Positions 32,103 to 43,235 of a stretch of DNA of 64,000 bases are shown here, in pieces. Position numbers and translations under genes: made by a program. Where the stretch lies: contig CAXXWC010000010.1 of assembly GCA_963668645.2 (NCBI GenBank), positions 1-64,000 on the forward strand, in the 5' to 3' direction. A model generated the notes under the pieces. That model made no database searches. It saw nothing but the letters and a program-made list of their open reading frames with translations, and was not told the DNA's origin. Position 1 is the first letter of the stretch. Each line of letters opens with the position of its first letter. The stretch is from Desulfobacterales bacterium (GTDB lineage: Bacteria; Desulfobacterota; Desulfobacteria; Desulfobacterales; UBA2174).

Positions 32103-33079
32103 ACCACGACGCTCCTGTCCTTTGCGTCCAGGATCTGGTCACCCATTTTTTCTCCCGGGCCGGCGTGGTCAAGGCCGTGGACGGCGTCAGCTTCTCGGTT
32201 CCGGCCGGCAGGGTCTTCGGGATCGTCGGAGAGTCCGGATCCGGCAAGACCATGACCGGCCTGTCCGTGCTGGGGCTGGTTCCGCCACCGGGCCGGATCG
32301 TGTCCGGATCGATCCGCCTGAACGGCTGGGAACTGACGGCGATGGATGAATCCGACCTGCGCCGGTTGCGGGGAAACCAGATGGCGATGATCTTCCAGGA
32401 CGCCATGACCGCGCTCAATCCGGTTCTCCGGGTCGACACCCAGATGATCGAGGCGATCCGGGTCCACCGGCCCATGTCGCGGAACCAGGCCCGCATCGAA
32501 GCTGCAACGGCTTTGGCGCAGGTGGGCATCCCGGCCCCCGAAGAGCGGTTGCGGGCCTACCCGCATCAATTCTCCGGCGGGATGCGCCAGCGGCTTGCCA
32601 TCGCTCTGGCCATGATCAACGCCCCCAAGCTGATTATCGCCGACGAGCCGACTACGGCCCTGGATGTCACCATTCAGGCCCAGATCCTTTCGGAAGTCCA
32701 GAAACTGAGCCGTGACCGGGGAACCGCCATCATCTGGATCACCCACGATTTGACCGTCGTCGCCGGACTGGCCGACCGCATCGGGGTCATGTACGCCGGC
32801 CGGCTGGTGGAAACCGGAAGCGTCGACAGCGTCCTCGACCATCCTTTGCACCCCTATACCCTCGGCCTTATCGGGTCGGTGCCCAGCCGCACACGAAGAG
32901 GAAAACCCTTGGCTCAAATTCCCGGCACGACGCCTTCTCTGGCCCATCTGCCAGCCGGCTGCGCGTTCAAAGACCGCTGCTGTCGAGCCCGCGAAACCTG
33001 CCGGCAGACCCCCGCCATGGTTGAAGCGGCTCCCGGGCACCAGGTTCGCTGCCATTTTCCCGGAGGTGAACTGCCATGA
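32099..33079 (+). CDS. Peptide ABC ATPase DppD-like
   Basis: [29 protein letters not shown]-terminal Cys cluster. Confidence 0.93.
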   Translation: MNHDAPVLCVQDLVTHFFSRAGVVKAVDGVSFSVPAGRVFGIVGESGSGKTMTGLSVLGLVPPPGRIVSGSIRLNGWELTAMDESDLRRLRGNQMAMIFQDAMTALNPVLRVDTQMIEAIRVHRPMSRNQARIEAATALAQVGIPAPEERLRAYPHQFSGGMRQRLAIALAMINAPKLIIADEPTTALDVTIQAQILSEVQKLSRDRGTAIIWITHDLTVVAGLADRIGVMYAGRLVETGSVDSVLDHPLHPYTLGLIGSVPSRTRRGKPLAQIPGTTPSLAHLPAGCAFKDRCCRARETCRQTPAMVEAAPGHQVRCHFPGGELP

Positions 33080-34083
33080 CCGAGGGCAGCCGGGCCGAAG
33101 CGCTGCTGGCGCTTTGCGATATTTCCAAGGAGTTTAGTGAGACCCTCGATGTTGCCGCACGGTTGGTACGGCGCCTCCGGGCCGCACCACCGGCGCCGGT
33201 GGTGCGTGCCGTCGACGGGTTCTCCTTGAAGGTCTCCAAGGGCGAAGTCATCGGCCTTGTAGGTGAATCCGGCTGCGGCAAATCTACCCTTGGGCGCATC
33301 GCCTCCGGATTGATCCCGCCCACCCGCGGCGAAGTCCGCTTCAAGGGCCGGTTGCTCGATCAGATGCGCGGTAAAGGCCCACAAAAAGACGGCCTGGGCC
33401 TTCAGATGATCTTCCAAAACCCCTTCGCCTCGCTCAATCCGAGGATGCGCGTCGGCGAGATTATCGGAGAAGCCCCCTGCTATCACGGGATCGTCCGGCC
33501 GGAAGAAATCGTCGACTACGTGGACGGCCTGATGGCCCGCTGCGGGCTCGAACCGTCCTACAAGGACCGTTTCCCCCATCAGTTTTCCGGTGGCCAGCGG
33601 CAGCGCATCGCCATCTGCCGGGCCCTGGCCGTGAAACCGGAGTTTTTAGTCTGCGACGAAGTCGTCTCGGCCCTGGATGCTTCCATCCAGGCCCAGATTA
33701 TCAACCTTTTCAATGAATTGCGCCACGATCTATCCTTTACAGCACTCTTCATCAGCCACGACCTGGGTATCGTGGAGCATATCAGCGACCGTGTGGTGAT
33801 CATGTATCTGGGGCGCATCATGGAGGTGGCGGATACCGACACACTGTTTGCCACACCGCAGCATCCTTACACGCAGGTCCTTTTGTCCCAGGTGCCCCGT
33901 ATCGAAAGACGGCATACCGCCTTTGAAGCGATTCCCGGCGAGATCCCCTCCCCGCTCTCACCGCCTCCCGGGTGCCACTTTCATCCCCGCTGCACCCGGC
34001 GCCGGGCCGAGTGCTCCCTGGAAAAGCCTCAACTGAGGCAAATCGAAAAATCGCACTGGGTGGCTTGCCACCTGTATCGTTGA
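33076..34083 (+). CDS. Peptide ABC ATPase DppF-like
   Basis: [28 protein letters not shown]. Confidence 0.93.
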   Translation: MTEGSRAEALLALCDISKEFSETLDVAARLVRRLRAAPPAPVVRAVDGFSLKVSKGEVIGLVGESGCGKSTLGRIASGLIPPTRGEVRFKGRLLDQMRGKGPQKDGLGLQMIFQNPFASLNPRMRVGEIIGEAPCYHGIVRPEEIVDYVDGLMARCGLEPSYKDRFPHQFSGGQRQRIAICRALAVKPEFLVCDEVVSALDASIQAQIINLFNELRHDLSFTALFISHDLGIVEHISDRVVIMYLGRIMEVADTDTLFATPQHPYTQVLLSQVPRIERRHTAFEAIPGEIPSPLSPPPGCHFHPRCTRRRAECSLEKPQLRQIEKSHWVACHLYR

Positions 34084-34128
34084 ACACCGTTGGGATATCC
34101 TCCCCGACCTGGCCGATTGGAAACGCCA

Positions 34129-35412
34129 ATGAAATCGACACCTATCGCCTTTACCGATGGAACCCTTATCGATGGAAGCGGAACCGCCGCCCTGAGGCAA
34201 AGTTGCCTCATCATTCAGCAGGATCTTGTCATCTCCACCGGGAAAATGGGGCAGGTTTCCATCCCCGCCGATGCCATCCGCATCGACTGCCAAGGGAAAA
34301 CCGTCATGCCCGGCCTGATCGACGCCCATACCCACCTTTTGGGTGTGACCTCGCTCAACACCTTGAACTGGCTGATTGATGAACCCTGCCTGCGCACCGC
34401 CCGGGCCACCATGGACGCTTGGCGCCTTCTGGACAGCGGATTTACCACCGTTCGCGACCCGGGCACCTACATCAGCCTGTTCATCCGCGATGCGATCAAG
34501 GGCGGCTCCGTCCCGGGCCCGCGCATTCTTAGCGCGGCCAAAGTCATCTGCCAGACCGGCGGCCACGGTGATCCGACCCATCATTTGCCCTCCGGATGGG
34601 TAGCCGATCGCAACATTTGCCGCATCGCCGACGGGGAGGTGGACTGCCGCCGGGCGGTTCGCGAACAAGCCCGGGCCGGGGCCGATTTGATCAAAATCAT
34701 GACCTCCGGCGGTGTCATGTCAGACACCGACTCGCCGGAATGTCGCCAGTATTCGCTTGCGGAAATTACCGCCATGGTCGAAGAGACCCATGCTCTGGGG
34801 CTCAAGGTGGCAAGCCATGCTCAAGGGCGCCAGGGGATCATCAACGCGCTGAAAGGGGGCGTGGACACCATCGAACATGGCAACGGTCTGGATGCCGAAG
34901 CCATCGAACTAATGCTGAAAAACGGGACCTTCCTGATTCCCACCATCTCAGTATTTCATGCCTTGGTCCATCGTGGCAGCCGCATCGGAATCAACCCCGG
35001 GCACCTTGAAAAAGCGAGGCTTAACGAGGAGATCCACAAAACCGCATTCCTCAAAGCCTGGGAAGCCGGCGTCAACATCGGCTTGGGCACCGACTTTCTG
35101 CTGACCCCACAGGTAAACGACGAAGTCATGGGAAACCATGCCCAGGAGCTGGCCCTTTACGTGTCAGTCGGGCTCTCGTCCATGGACGCCATCGTCTGCG
35201 CCACCCGCAACAATGCGCAAGCCCTCGGCATCGCGGACCGGGTCGGGACCTTGGCCCCGGGAAAACAGGCCGACCTGCTCGTGGTCGACGGCGATCCGCT
35301 GCAAGACATCACCCTCTTGCAGCATCCGAAAAACATCTCAATGGTCTTCAAGGAAGGAAAGGCGGTGCCCCGGTTGCAAAATCCGCCACTTCACGGCATT
35401 GTTCAGCCATAA
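34129..35412 (+). CDS. Amidohydrolase (Xaa-Pro dipeptidase-like)
   Basis: PGLIDAHTH, IKIMTSGG, ASHAQG, IEHG, GTD, GKQADLLVVDGDP. Confidence 0.9.
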   Translation: MKSTPIAFTDGTLIDGSGTAALRQSCLIIQQDLVISTGKMGQVSIPADAIRIDCQGKTVMPGLIDAHTHLLGVTSLNTLNWLIDEPCLRTARATMDAWRLLDSGFTTVRDPGTYISLFIRDAIKGGSVPGPRILSAAKVICQTGGHGDPTHHLPSGWVADRNICRIADGEVDCRRAVREQARAGADLIKIMTSGGVMSDTDSPECRQYSLAEITAMVEETHALGLKVASHAQGRQGIINALKGGVDTIEHGNGLDAEAIELMLKNGTFLIPTISVFHALVHRGSRIGINPGHLEKARLNEEIHKTAFLKAWEAGVNIGLGTDFLLTPQVNDEVMGNHAQELALYVSVGLSSMDAIVCATRNNAQALGIADRVGTLAPGKQADLLVVDGDPLQDITLLQHPKNISMVFKEGKAVPRLQNPPLHGIVQP

Positions 35413-35469
35413 AAGTAGCCGGGGTTCTTCCGGTTTTTACGCACATGGTTACAAGTTGCTGAACACAGC

Positions 35470-35722
35470 CACACAACCGTGAAACGATCGTTCAGATGCT
35501 GGAAGCCGAACTGGAACGCCACCGGGAGCAAACGGCCACGGCCCAGTGGGCGATCGAGCTGTTGGCCTCGGCGCGCTTCAAGCGGGATCTTCGCATCACC
35601 AAGGGCAACCAGGTCCGAATCGACCGGGAGGCCATCAAGGCGGCGGCTAAATACGACGGCAAATGGGTACTGGAAACCAACGCCGATACCATCACCCTCT
35701 AAGACGCCGCCTGCGGGTACAG
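35470..35722 (+). pseudogene. IS1634-type transposase internal fragment
   Basis: RIDREAIKAAAKYDGKWVLETN..L*DAACGY with premature stop. Confidence 0.6.
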
Positions 35723-36015
35723 TGCCCATAGCGCACGTGCCGGCGCTTGAAGGCCACGGCATAGGCGGCAAGAAACCGGTGCATGAGCACCGGCAGCCTC
35801 TCGGACCACTGCAACGCAGGATATGGGCGTAATTGTCCATCAGTGCCCAGCAGGCACACCCGTGCCCTGGGCAGATCGCCCAAGCGGGCCAGAAAAATCC
35901 TCACGATCCTCATCATCGTAAAACGACAGATATTCCCGCGCTCGATGCCCCGCAGCATCACGCGATGCAATCTTCCCGGCACATCCGGCCGCGCGCCTCC
36001 GAGGGCATTGGGCAC
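35720..36015 (-). pseudogene. Degenerate RAYT 5' fragment
   Basis: Homologous to 44390-44679 (LHRVMLRGIERGNI..FKRRHVRYGH) with deletions. Confidence 0.75.
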
Positions 36016-36120
36016 ATCTTTGCTGGATGGTCGTGAACGGATACGGATTCGCCTTCAGACCCGTCCCTCTTATCCCCGTCTTGACAAAGCTGGTGCATAT
36101 GCTAACAATTAAATCCTTAA

Positions 36121-38206
36121 CCCAAGTTTGCCAGTTATTTTTGCAGGTGTTGTTATTTCGGGAGGTTAGCGGCGGTTGTGGTCACTACCGATTATGCGTT
36201 CATGATTTTTTTTGGCAGCGGGGCCTCCTTTAGGTTCAGGCGCTGGTAGATCTGCCGGTGTTCGGGCTCGGCTGTACTGCACAGGCGCAAATGGCTGCGT
36301 CGCACCTGCTCTTGCTCTTTGGCATTGTATTCGATGGTCAGTCGCTGGTGGGTTGACAAGATCTCACAGATGGTCGCCCACGAGCGGTGGTCGCCGCACA
36401 AGCGCAGCTTGTATTCGATGGTATGCAAGATGTGGTAGGCGATTACCGATATGAATAGATGGGTATCCGCGCGCTCTTGGTTTTGGTGAAAATTGGGTCT
36501 GAGCCCCAGCGAAGACTTCAGCGAGCGAAAGGCGCTTTCCACCCGGGTGAGCATTACGTAAGTCTGCCAGATTTGACCGTCGCTCAGCTCAGTGCGATCG
36601 GTTCTGAGCACATAGCAGCCCTCGAGCTGACGCTGCGCATCATACTGGTCTCGCTTTTTCCAAACGATCGTCCGAGCGTTGGTCTTTGCCGCTGGTGCCG
36701 CCTCGGGTGTCACCTCAACGTCATAGAGCTTCGAAGCGCGCGGGTACTTTTCTCGCAGGCGGCCGATCATCTCGATCACTTTGGAATAGCGCTTGGTGCG
36801 CCCTTTTTTGTTCAGACCGTCCTGATAGTATCGCAGCCGCTCAAGAAACAAGCGTTCCTGCCGGCCGCGGATGCCCTGGTCCTTTGCCTGGCGGCCAGTG
36901 CTGTGGCATAGCAACAGGGCTTCACCGTCCTGGTCGTGGCGTTTGACCTTTAGCGTGTACTGGTCGCTTTGGCGGATGATCTGCATCGTCTGGATGTCAT
37001 CAGGGGTGAAATCAGCCTTACCCCGTTGCACCACGATGTAATGAAAGCCGTTAGCTTTCAAATAGGCCACGTTCTGTCCGGTGGCGATGCCCGCATCGAT
37101 GACCACCGTGCGGTCCCTGGCCAGGTTGGGCCGCAACGCGACCAGCGACTCGATGATTTGCGCCAAAGTACGCCCCTCGACCTGGTTGCCGGGGTAAAGA
37201 CGGCTGTATTTGGCAAAACCGAGTTCATCGACCACCAGCGCCAGCGTCAACAGCTTGCAGTCGGTGCGCTTTTCTTTGCTGCGCCCTCGCTTGGCCTTGT
37301 CATTGGCGGCCATTTGGCCTTCAAAATAAGTGTTTGTCAGGTCAAACAGGCAAATTCGTTCGGGAAGATCAAAAAGGTCTTTCTCGCGAGCGGCGAGGTG
37401 CCGCTCCAGAGCGTCCTTACATTCAAAAAGGCGGTCACCGGCACGGTACAGCGAGTTGAGAGACGGACGCAGCACCGGGCCGGTCAGTTCGTATATCGCC
37501 GAGCGGTGCAGGGCCCAGTTCCATGTGTGCACTTCGCTGCCGGGTGATACCAACCGGCCGATCACCAGGGCCTGGATCAGGGGTAAGGTGTGTGTCGATA
37601 CACCTTCGGCTATCAGTAAGTCGTCTATTTTCAACTCATTATAGACACAATGGCAGACGTACTCGGAGCCCAATGAACGGACCTGGCTGGCCTCGATCGA
37701 GGCCACATCGACGTGCTGATAGATGGGCTGTTGGACATCTGTGGCGTCATGTTCGACTTTGGTGGCCTGTTTCGAGCGGATTTTATCGGTGGCGACGCGG
37801 GCCAGTTTCTCAATCTTACGATCGGTGTCAAACAGGCGTTGTTGCCCGGTGAGCATCGATTCGATGCAATTGGCCAGGTCCTTGAATTTGTCTTGTGGCA
37901 GATCAATGGCGCCGAGGTTGAGAATCAGGCGCTGACGCGGACCGTGCTGGGTGCGCACGTTTTCGACCAGGTGCAGGTATTCGTAGACCTTCTTGGAGCC
38001 GCGATGGGATTTTCGCACACGTTTGATGTACATGCACGTGCAGGTATCACGGGAAAGGGGATACGGTCAACAGTTATTTTGATATGTGGGTCACTACATT
38101 GGTCAGCAGAAATGGCGGATCGTGTGTTTTCAGATAGTTGGGTAGCCCATCCAGGCCAATTTAGACCCAAAATGGGGTCGGGGAAGAAAAATTTGGCAAA
38201 CTTGGG
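36121..38206 (-). mobile_element. IS1634-family insertion sequence (2086 bp)
   Basis: 13-bp IRs CCCAAGTTTGCCA (36121) / TGGCAAACTTGGG (38194-38206), flanked by TTAA on both sides. Confidence 0.9.
36192..38033 (-). CDS. IS1634-family DDE transposase
   Basis: LFDLTNTYFEG, VIDAG, VESAFRSLKS.LGLRP. Confidence 0.92.
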   Translation of the reverse strand: MYIKRVRKSHRGSKKVYEYLHLVENVRTQHGPRQRLILNLGAIDLPQDKFKDLANCIESMLTGQQRLFDTDRKIEKLARVATDKIRSKQATKVEHDATDVQQPIYQHVDVASIEASQVRSLGSEYVCHCVYNELKIDDLLIAEGVSTHTLPLIQALVIGRLVSPGSEVHTWNWALHRSAIYELTGPVLRPSLNSLYRAGDRLFECKDALERHLAAREKDLFDLPERICLFDLTNTYFEGQMAANDKAKRGRSKEKRTDCKLLTLALVVDELGFAKYSRLYPGNQVEGRTLAQIIESLVALRPNLARDRTVVIDAGIATGQNVAYLKANGFHYIVVQRGKADFTPDDIQTMQIIRQSDQYTLKVKRHDQDGEALLLCHSTGRQAKDQGIRGRQERLFLERLRYYQDGLNKKGRTKRYSKVIEMIGRLREKYPRASKLYDVEVTPEAAPAAKTNARTIVWKKRDQYDAQRQLEGCYVLRTDRTELSDGQIWQTYVMLTRVESAFRSLKSSLGLRPNFHQNQERADTHLFISVIAYHILHTIEYKLRLCGDHRSWATICEILSTHQRLTIEYNAKEQEQVRRSHLRLCSTAEPEHRQIYQRLNLKEAPLPKKIMNA

Positions 38207-38231
38207 TTAACCTAACAAAATTACGGATGAT

Positions 38232-39122
38232 ATGTTTAAAGATAGCGACAGCCTCCATGATCTAACGGATACCAGCTCTCCGGATGAAACTCTATCCGAG
38301 ATAAAAAACATTCTCCTTCTGATCGATCCTCCTTTGGACCCGGCTCTGATCGAAACGGTATACACGGATATTATTCGCCTCTTCAAAGGGAAATTTCCGG
38401 GATACCGTGCCAGCAATACAAAATATCACAACCTGGAACATACCTGCTCAACCGCTCTTGCCACGGCAAGACTCATTCACGGCTTGCATGTCCAAGGGCA
38501 GGTGTTTTCTCCAAGGATCGTTCAGTTAGGCCTGATCGGGGCACTCTTTCATGATACCGGCCTGATCCAGACCGAGAAAGAGGAGCAGGGTACCGGGGCT
38601 CAGTTCACCATCGGGCACGAGGAACGTTCGATCGCCGTCATGGAAAAATATCTTGCTCAAAACGGATATTCGCAGACCGATATCCGTGACTGCAGCCATA
38701 TTATCAGGTGTACGGAGCTCTTTCTTCCCGTAGATGATATACCGTTCACAAGTGAAGAAGTCAGGATCATGGGCAAGATTCTTGGGACCGCCGACTTGGT
38801 GGCCCAGATGGCGGACAGGGATTACCAGGAAAAATTACCCCTGCTTTTCCTGGAATTCCAGGAAGCCGGAATGGAAGGATTCGAGACTCCTCTGGAGCTT
38901 TTTAAGAAAACAGAGGAATTTTATCGTTCGGTGGTGCGCAAAAGAATGTCCGGTGTGCTTGGGGGGGTTTCTTCCGCAGCACTCTATCATTTCAGGGAAA
39001 GATGGAACATTGATAAAAATCTATATGAGGAGTCGATCAAGCACAACCTAAGACGCGTGAAGGAGACCGTCCATGAATCTTTACTCCAGCTTTCCATCAT
39101 TTCAGGGATAGATAAAAGATAG
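38232..39122 (+). CDS. HD-domain phosphohydrolase
   Basis: YHNLEHT, LFHDTG, GHEERS, GTADL. Confidence 0.85.
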   Translation: MFKDSDSLHDLTDTSSPDETLSEIKNILLLIDPPLDPALIETVYTDIIRLFKGKFPGYRASNTKYHNLEHTCSTALATARLIHGLHVQGQVFSPRIVQLGLIGALFHDTGLIQTEKEEQGTGAQFTIGHEERSIAVMEKYLAQNGYSQTDIRDCSHIIRCTELFLPVDDIPFTSEEVRIMGKILGTADLVAQMADRDYQEKLPLLFLEFQEAGMEGFETPLELFKKTEEFYRSVVRKRMSGVLGGVSSAALYHFRERWNIDKNLYEESIKHNLRRVKETVHESLLQLSIISGIDKR

Positions 39123-39188
39123 GCCGGCCGCGATCTTCTGCGCGCATCTTGGTCAATCCTGAATCCAGGCTCTATCCTGCACATCCGA

Positions 39189-40646
39189 TCAATTATTGGA
39201 AAACATATGCTGTACAGGCTGGATCCCGAAAGTCGCCGGATGATGGGTTTCGATAATTTTTCTCACGTAGTCGCCTGTTTCAGGATCGCGCTCTTCTAAG
39301 TTAATGATGTCTCTATTCTTGTAACTGCCGTCTTCTTCTTTCTGCAGAAGGCAGACCAACGGCTTTTTAAAAAAATCTCTGCTGGGAGAACTGACAACCA
39401 GGGCCAAATCGCCTGTGTCTAGTTTCAGCAGCGTGCCTACCGGGTATAAGCCGAGAATATTGACAAAAACCTTCATGAGGATGGGATCGAAGTCTTTTCC
39501 GGCATGATCAAGCATGTAGCCCAAAGCGCGATCCGGGCTCATCAGCAATTTCCTGTAAACCCGCGATGATGTCAATGTATCATATTTATCTGCAATCGAA
39601 ATAATTTTTCCAAAGAGGGTCAACGGATTTTTCCAGTCGGCCCGCGGATATCCGGAAAGATCGTATTTTAAATGGTGTTCAAAAAGCGGCACCAGAATCC
39701 TGGCCTTGCTGTCAGGTGCGGCCTTTAGTTTTATCAACAGCCGGGAACTATTCAATGAATGTTCCTCGATCAATTTCAGCTCATGGTCATCCAGTTTTTC
39801 TTTCTTGTATAGGATTTCATTGGGAATCTCAATTTTTCCAAGGTCATGAAAAAGCGCACAAATACCGAGGCTCGTCAGGGACCGGCGTGAAAGGTTGATA
39901 CGCCGGCCAAGACACATGGACAACATGGCAACATTCACCGAATGGGTGAAAATATAATCGTCGAATACCCGCAGCGTGCTGATGGCGGCATAAACTTCCT
40001 CATCCTCGAAAAGATTGGTCACCATGCCTTGGACTACCCTCACGGTTCTGCCGATACCGACAACACGCTTCTCGTCTTTGATGTTCCGGGCAACATTTTC
40101 GAGAGAAGCTTTGGCGTAGGTGTAGTCTTTTATAGCCCTTTCCCACCGTTCTGCCTTGTCCTTGTAACTGGATTGTTCGTCAGCCTGAGATGATTCTGAT
40201 TTACTGATCAGCTCAACCCACTTTATACTCTGGGCATCAAAACGATCTTTAAGCCAGTCGATCGGGTCCGACTTATGTTCGGAATTTTGCAGCAGGCGCA
40301 AAAAAATCAGAAATTCTTTTTTGGAAACATCCTTGATATCTTCTAGAAAACGCACACCTTCTATACTGCGAGTTTCAAAATAACGAATGATGTTGTCAAA
40401 AAGATTCTTTGTGGTTCGATTGTAGGGAAGTTTTTCATCATCAACGAATAATTGGCCATTTGAGATCTTGAGCGTGAATGCATCACTCTCCACCCAATTG
40501 CTCATGTATTTAAAAAATTTTTCAATCCCCCCAGTAACCAGCGAATGATGGTCATCGTGAATTTTTACATTTTGAATCAGGCTGAAGAAGTTTAAAAGAA
40601 ATTCTTCAAACTGAGAATAGGATCTGTATTTTGCATAATCAGCCAT
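39189..40646 (-). CDS. HD-GYP domain protein (c-di-GMP phosphodiesterase-like)
   Basis: HSVNVA, HDLGK, HHLKYDLSGYP, IADKYD; start taken as MADYAK. Confidence 0.88.
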   Translation of the reverse strand: MADYAKYRSYSQFEEFLLNFFSLIQNVKIHDDHHSLVTGGIEKFFKYMSNWVESDAFTLKISNGQLFVDDEKLPYNRTTKNLFDNIIRYFETRSIEGVRFLEDIKDVSKKEFLIFLRLLQNSEHKSDPIDWLKDRFDAQSIKWVELISKSESSQADEQSSYKDKAERWERAIKDYTYAKASLENVARNIKDEKRVVGIGRTVRVVQGMVTNLFEDEEVYAAISTLRVFDDYIFTHSVNVAMLSMCLGRRINLSRRSLTSLGICALFHDLGKIEIPNEILYKKEKLDDHELKLIEEHSLNSSRLLIKLKAAPDSKARILVPLFEHHLKYDLSGYPRADWKNPLTLFGKIISIADKYDTLTSSRVYRKLLMSPDRALGYMLDHAGKDFDPILMKVFVNILGLYPVGTLLKLDTGDLALVVSSPSRDFFKKPLVCLLQKEEDGSYKNRDIINLEERDPETGDYVRKIIETHHPATFGIQPVQHMFSNN

Positions 40647-42411
40647 TGATCTTTTTCCCGGAAAAAGAACTGATGCGTTTTGTTTTATCAAAAGCATCCC
40701 TGACTACTTTGAATCTGCTTTTTGAAGCCGCCTGGAGGGCGCTGTTTGCTTCCGTCGTATTGATCAACGCCAAGGCGATGGCGGCTCCCTCACGGAAAAT
40801 CGGCTTTCCCGAACCCATAAAGCGGTTCCACCCTTTGTTTAAGAGTAATTTATGCAGGTAAGGGACCGATCTGTTTGAACCGCAGTATCCCAATGCTCTA
40901 AAACATGCAAGGATATGATTCGGATCCCTTTGGGCGGAATTTTCTTGCAAGTAGCTCAGTAGCAAGTTTTCCAGAGAAACGGATTTATGCCTTTCAAAAG
41001 CCGCCAGGACACAACCGCGTATCTCATCGGAGGGGTCATCTATGAGTGAAAACAGTTTGCGTGTGTATTTAGGATCTCTCTCAAGCAGCTCATCGATCGT
41101 CTTCCTGCGCATCTTGTTGGAAGGGTGTTTGCACAGTTGGAAAAAAATTTCATTGACCCGCTTTCCCTGCAGGCAATTCAGTATGGCCAGAAACTCTTCT
41201 CTTATTTCTTGGTTATTCCGTTGCGCCAATTTTTCAAGAGGCCCGAGGTCACGCCGACTTAACCGTACGATCACCTGCGAGACCGCCTGTTTTATGTCGG
41301 CCGAGTTGCTCTGCATAATGATCGGCATAAGAAAAGGGATAGCGGCCGGAGATAAATAACTAAGTGTTTTTTCAATAACTTCTAAATGGCCACTGTCACT
41401 CGTCTCTATCTGCAAGAGTTTTTTGCTGATGAGTTTAAAAATCTCAGGCCTGGACAAGTCTTGGAAAAAGCGTTCAATGATGGGGCGCTTCCACTCTTGG
41501 CCCGCTGATGCTTCTGGGAGGAGACGCTTTTCCAGTGACTGAAAGAATGTCACCAAAAGATCAAATTTTTCCAGCTCGATGGTCTCAACAGTTATTTCCG
41601 AGATGAATCCAAAAACCCCGGCAAATTTTTCCTGTTCAATCTGTTTTCTGAGAATGATCAGCAGCAACTCGAAAAGCTCATCTGTAATATCCCAATGTTC
41701 CTCCTCCATGACCATTTGCCGAAGTATTTTAAAATCGTCAGCGGACAGTTCCAGCTGGTCCTTACTGAACGATGGATCGGCAATACTTCTGGCAAAATTT
41801 TCTCGCTGGTCGGATTCCGTCGATTGCCGAGATCCTTGCGCTTCCACTTGATCAACGGTTTCTTCGGAAGAGGGCCCCGGAGGAGGAAGTTGGGAAAGAT
41901 CCATCAACATCAACTCTTGCCAATAAATATCCACCGCCTTGAAATCGATATATTCAAGTTCTTTATCCATTAGCGCGGTGACGATATCACCCTCGGTTTC
42001 TTCGGCGAACAACCGGTATTTATGTGCAATTTTGAAAAACGAGGCGACTTCCTCAAGGGGAAGGCCCTCTTGGAACTCAATCCATTTGATACCGTCACGA
42101 TATAGCAGGGTAATGATATCTTCCGAGGAAGGTTTGCGGGAAACGGTGTGGATAATTTCAGAATGATAAAGCAGATGATCTTTTTCGACCGTCAGCCGCA
42201 AATCGCCATGTTTGGCAAAAAAATTGCCGAATACAGCGACAAGATTTTCGAGCGACTTCGTCGTCGATTCATGATGCTCAGGATATAGGGCGTAATTCTT
42301 CCATGCCAGGAGAAAATGGCTGATTAACTGCCCTGCATCCCTCAATTCTTCTTTCGAAGGTGGGGATGGCGCTGGAAATTTGGGCTGGTCTTTTGGGTTC
42401 GCTTTTTCCAC
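40639..42411 (-). CDS. HEAT-repeat protein coupled to the HD-GYP gene
   Basis: YALYPEHH N-terminus and helical C-terminal repeats (ALGYCG, AAIALA); overlaps the HD-GYP start. Confidence 0.7.
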   Translation of the reverse strand: MEKANPKDQPKFPAPSPPSKEELRDAGQLISHFLLAWKNYALYPEHHESTTKSLENLVAVFGNFFAKHGDLRLTVEKDHLLYHSEIIHTVSRKPSSEDIITLLYRDGIKWIEFQEGLPLEEVASFFKIAHKYRLFAEETEGDIVTALMDKELEYIDFKAVDIYWQELMLMDLSQLPPPGPSSEETVDQVEAQGSRQSTESDQRENFARSIADPSFSKDQLELSADDFKILRQMVMEEEHWDITDELFELLLIILRKQIEQEKFAGVFGFISEITVETIELEKFDLLVTFFQSLEKRLLPEASAGQEWKRPIIERFFQDLSRPEIFKLISKKLLQIETSDSGHLEVIEKTLSYLSPAAIPFLMPIIMQSNSADIKQAVSQVIVRLSRRDLGPLEKLAQRNNQEIREEFLAILNCLQGKRVNEIFFQLCKHPSNKMRRKTIDELLERDPKYTRKLFSLIDDPSDEIRGCVLAAFERHKSVSLENLLLSYLQENSAQRDPNHILACFRALGYCGSNRSVPYLHKLLLNKGWNRFMGSGKPIFREGAAIALALINTTEANSALQAASKSRFKVVRDAFDKTKRISSFSGKKING

Positions 42412-42725
42412 TTTTCAATACAATTATCAGCATGAGATGACATTAAAACCATTTCGCTTTTCATGGACTCGCGATTCTTGCGTTTACAAATATATACTCA
42501 GTAAAAAAGCATCTAAGACTTTTAAAAAATCAAGACACCAGATGCAACCTGAAACAATTACTTTACGAATTTAACAGCGGAAAGGATAGAAATCAAGGAG
42601 AAAGCACTCCTTGCCAACTCGGGCAAAAATGCCGCCGCTTGCATGGATGACAGGTCTGAGAATTTCCGTGTCGTCAGTGGTCGCAGACGGTTACGAATAC
42701 GTCTTCACATCTAAAGCTTAATTAA

Positions 42726-43165
42726 TCAACCATGTCCCTTTATTCTCGAAACCGGCCAAATTAGGGAATGGCTCATGGCAAGGGAACGCAGGGGATGGCC
42801 TCTACCTGATCCGACAGCCGAAACCTCCGGGTTCCCGGACAGATAAGGCTGTAGCTGTCTTAGCATCAGTGCGTCGTGAGCAGGTCCGGATGACGGCGGG
42901 TCGCAGATTCGCTGACGCCAAGGGCCCGTGCCGGTTCGGCGGCGTTCCGGACCTGTTCGTGGTAATGCGCCACCATGGTCCAAAAACGCTGCAACGCGAT
43001 GGCCGGGATACGGCCGCCCCCCGTGCAGTGATCTCAAAGCGGTCATGGGCTCGTCCAGGCGCGCCAGGCTGGCCGGGCCCTGCAATTCGAAGTAGCTGAT
43101 TGAATCTTCGCCGAGCAATTCACCCGCATGGGTGGTTTTGCCGCTCTGACGCGGGCCGACCATAT
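42726..43165 (-). pseudogene. Multiply deleted copy of the AAA ATPase at 45041-46201
   Basis: Collinear patches (MVGPRQSGKTT, LARLDEPMTAL, DALMLRQLQPY, 3' end) separated by large gaps. Confidence 0.85.
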
Positions 43166-43235
43166 GGCATCCTCGAAAGCGGTACAATCCCGACCGGCCA
43201 CCTGCAATATGTGGCCGGATTCCGGATCAATGGAA

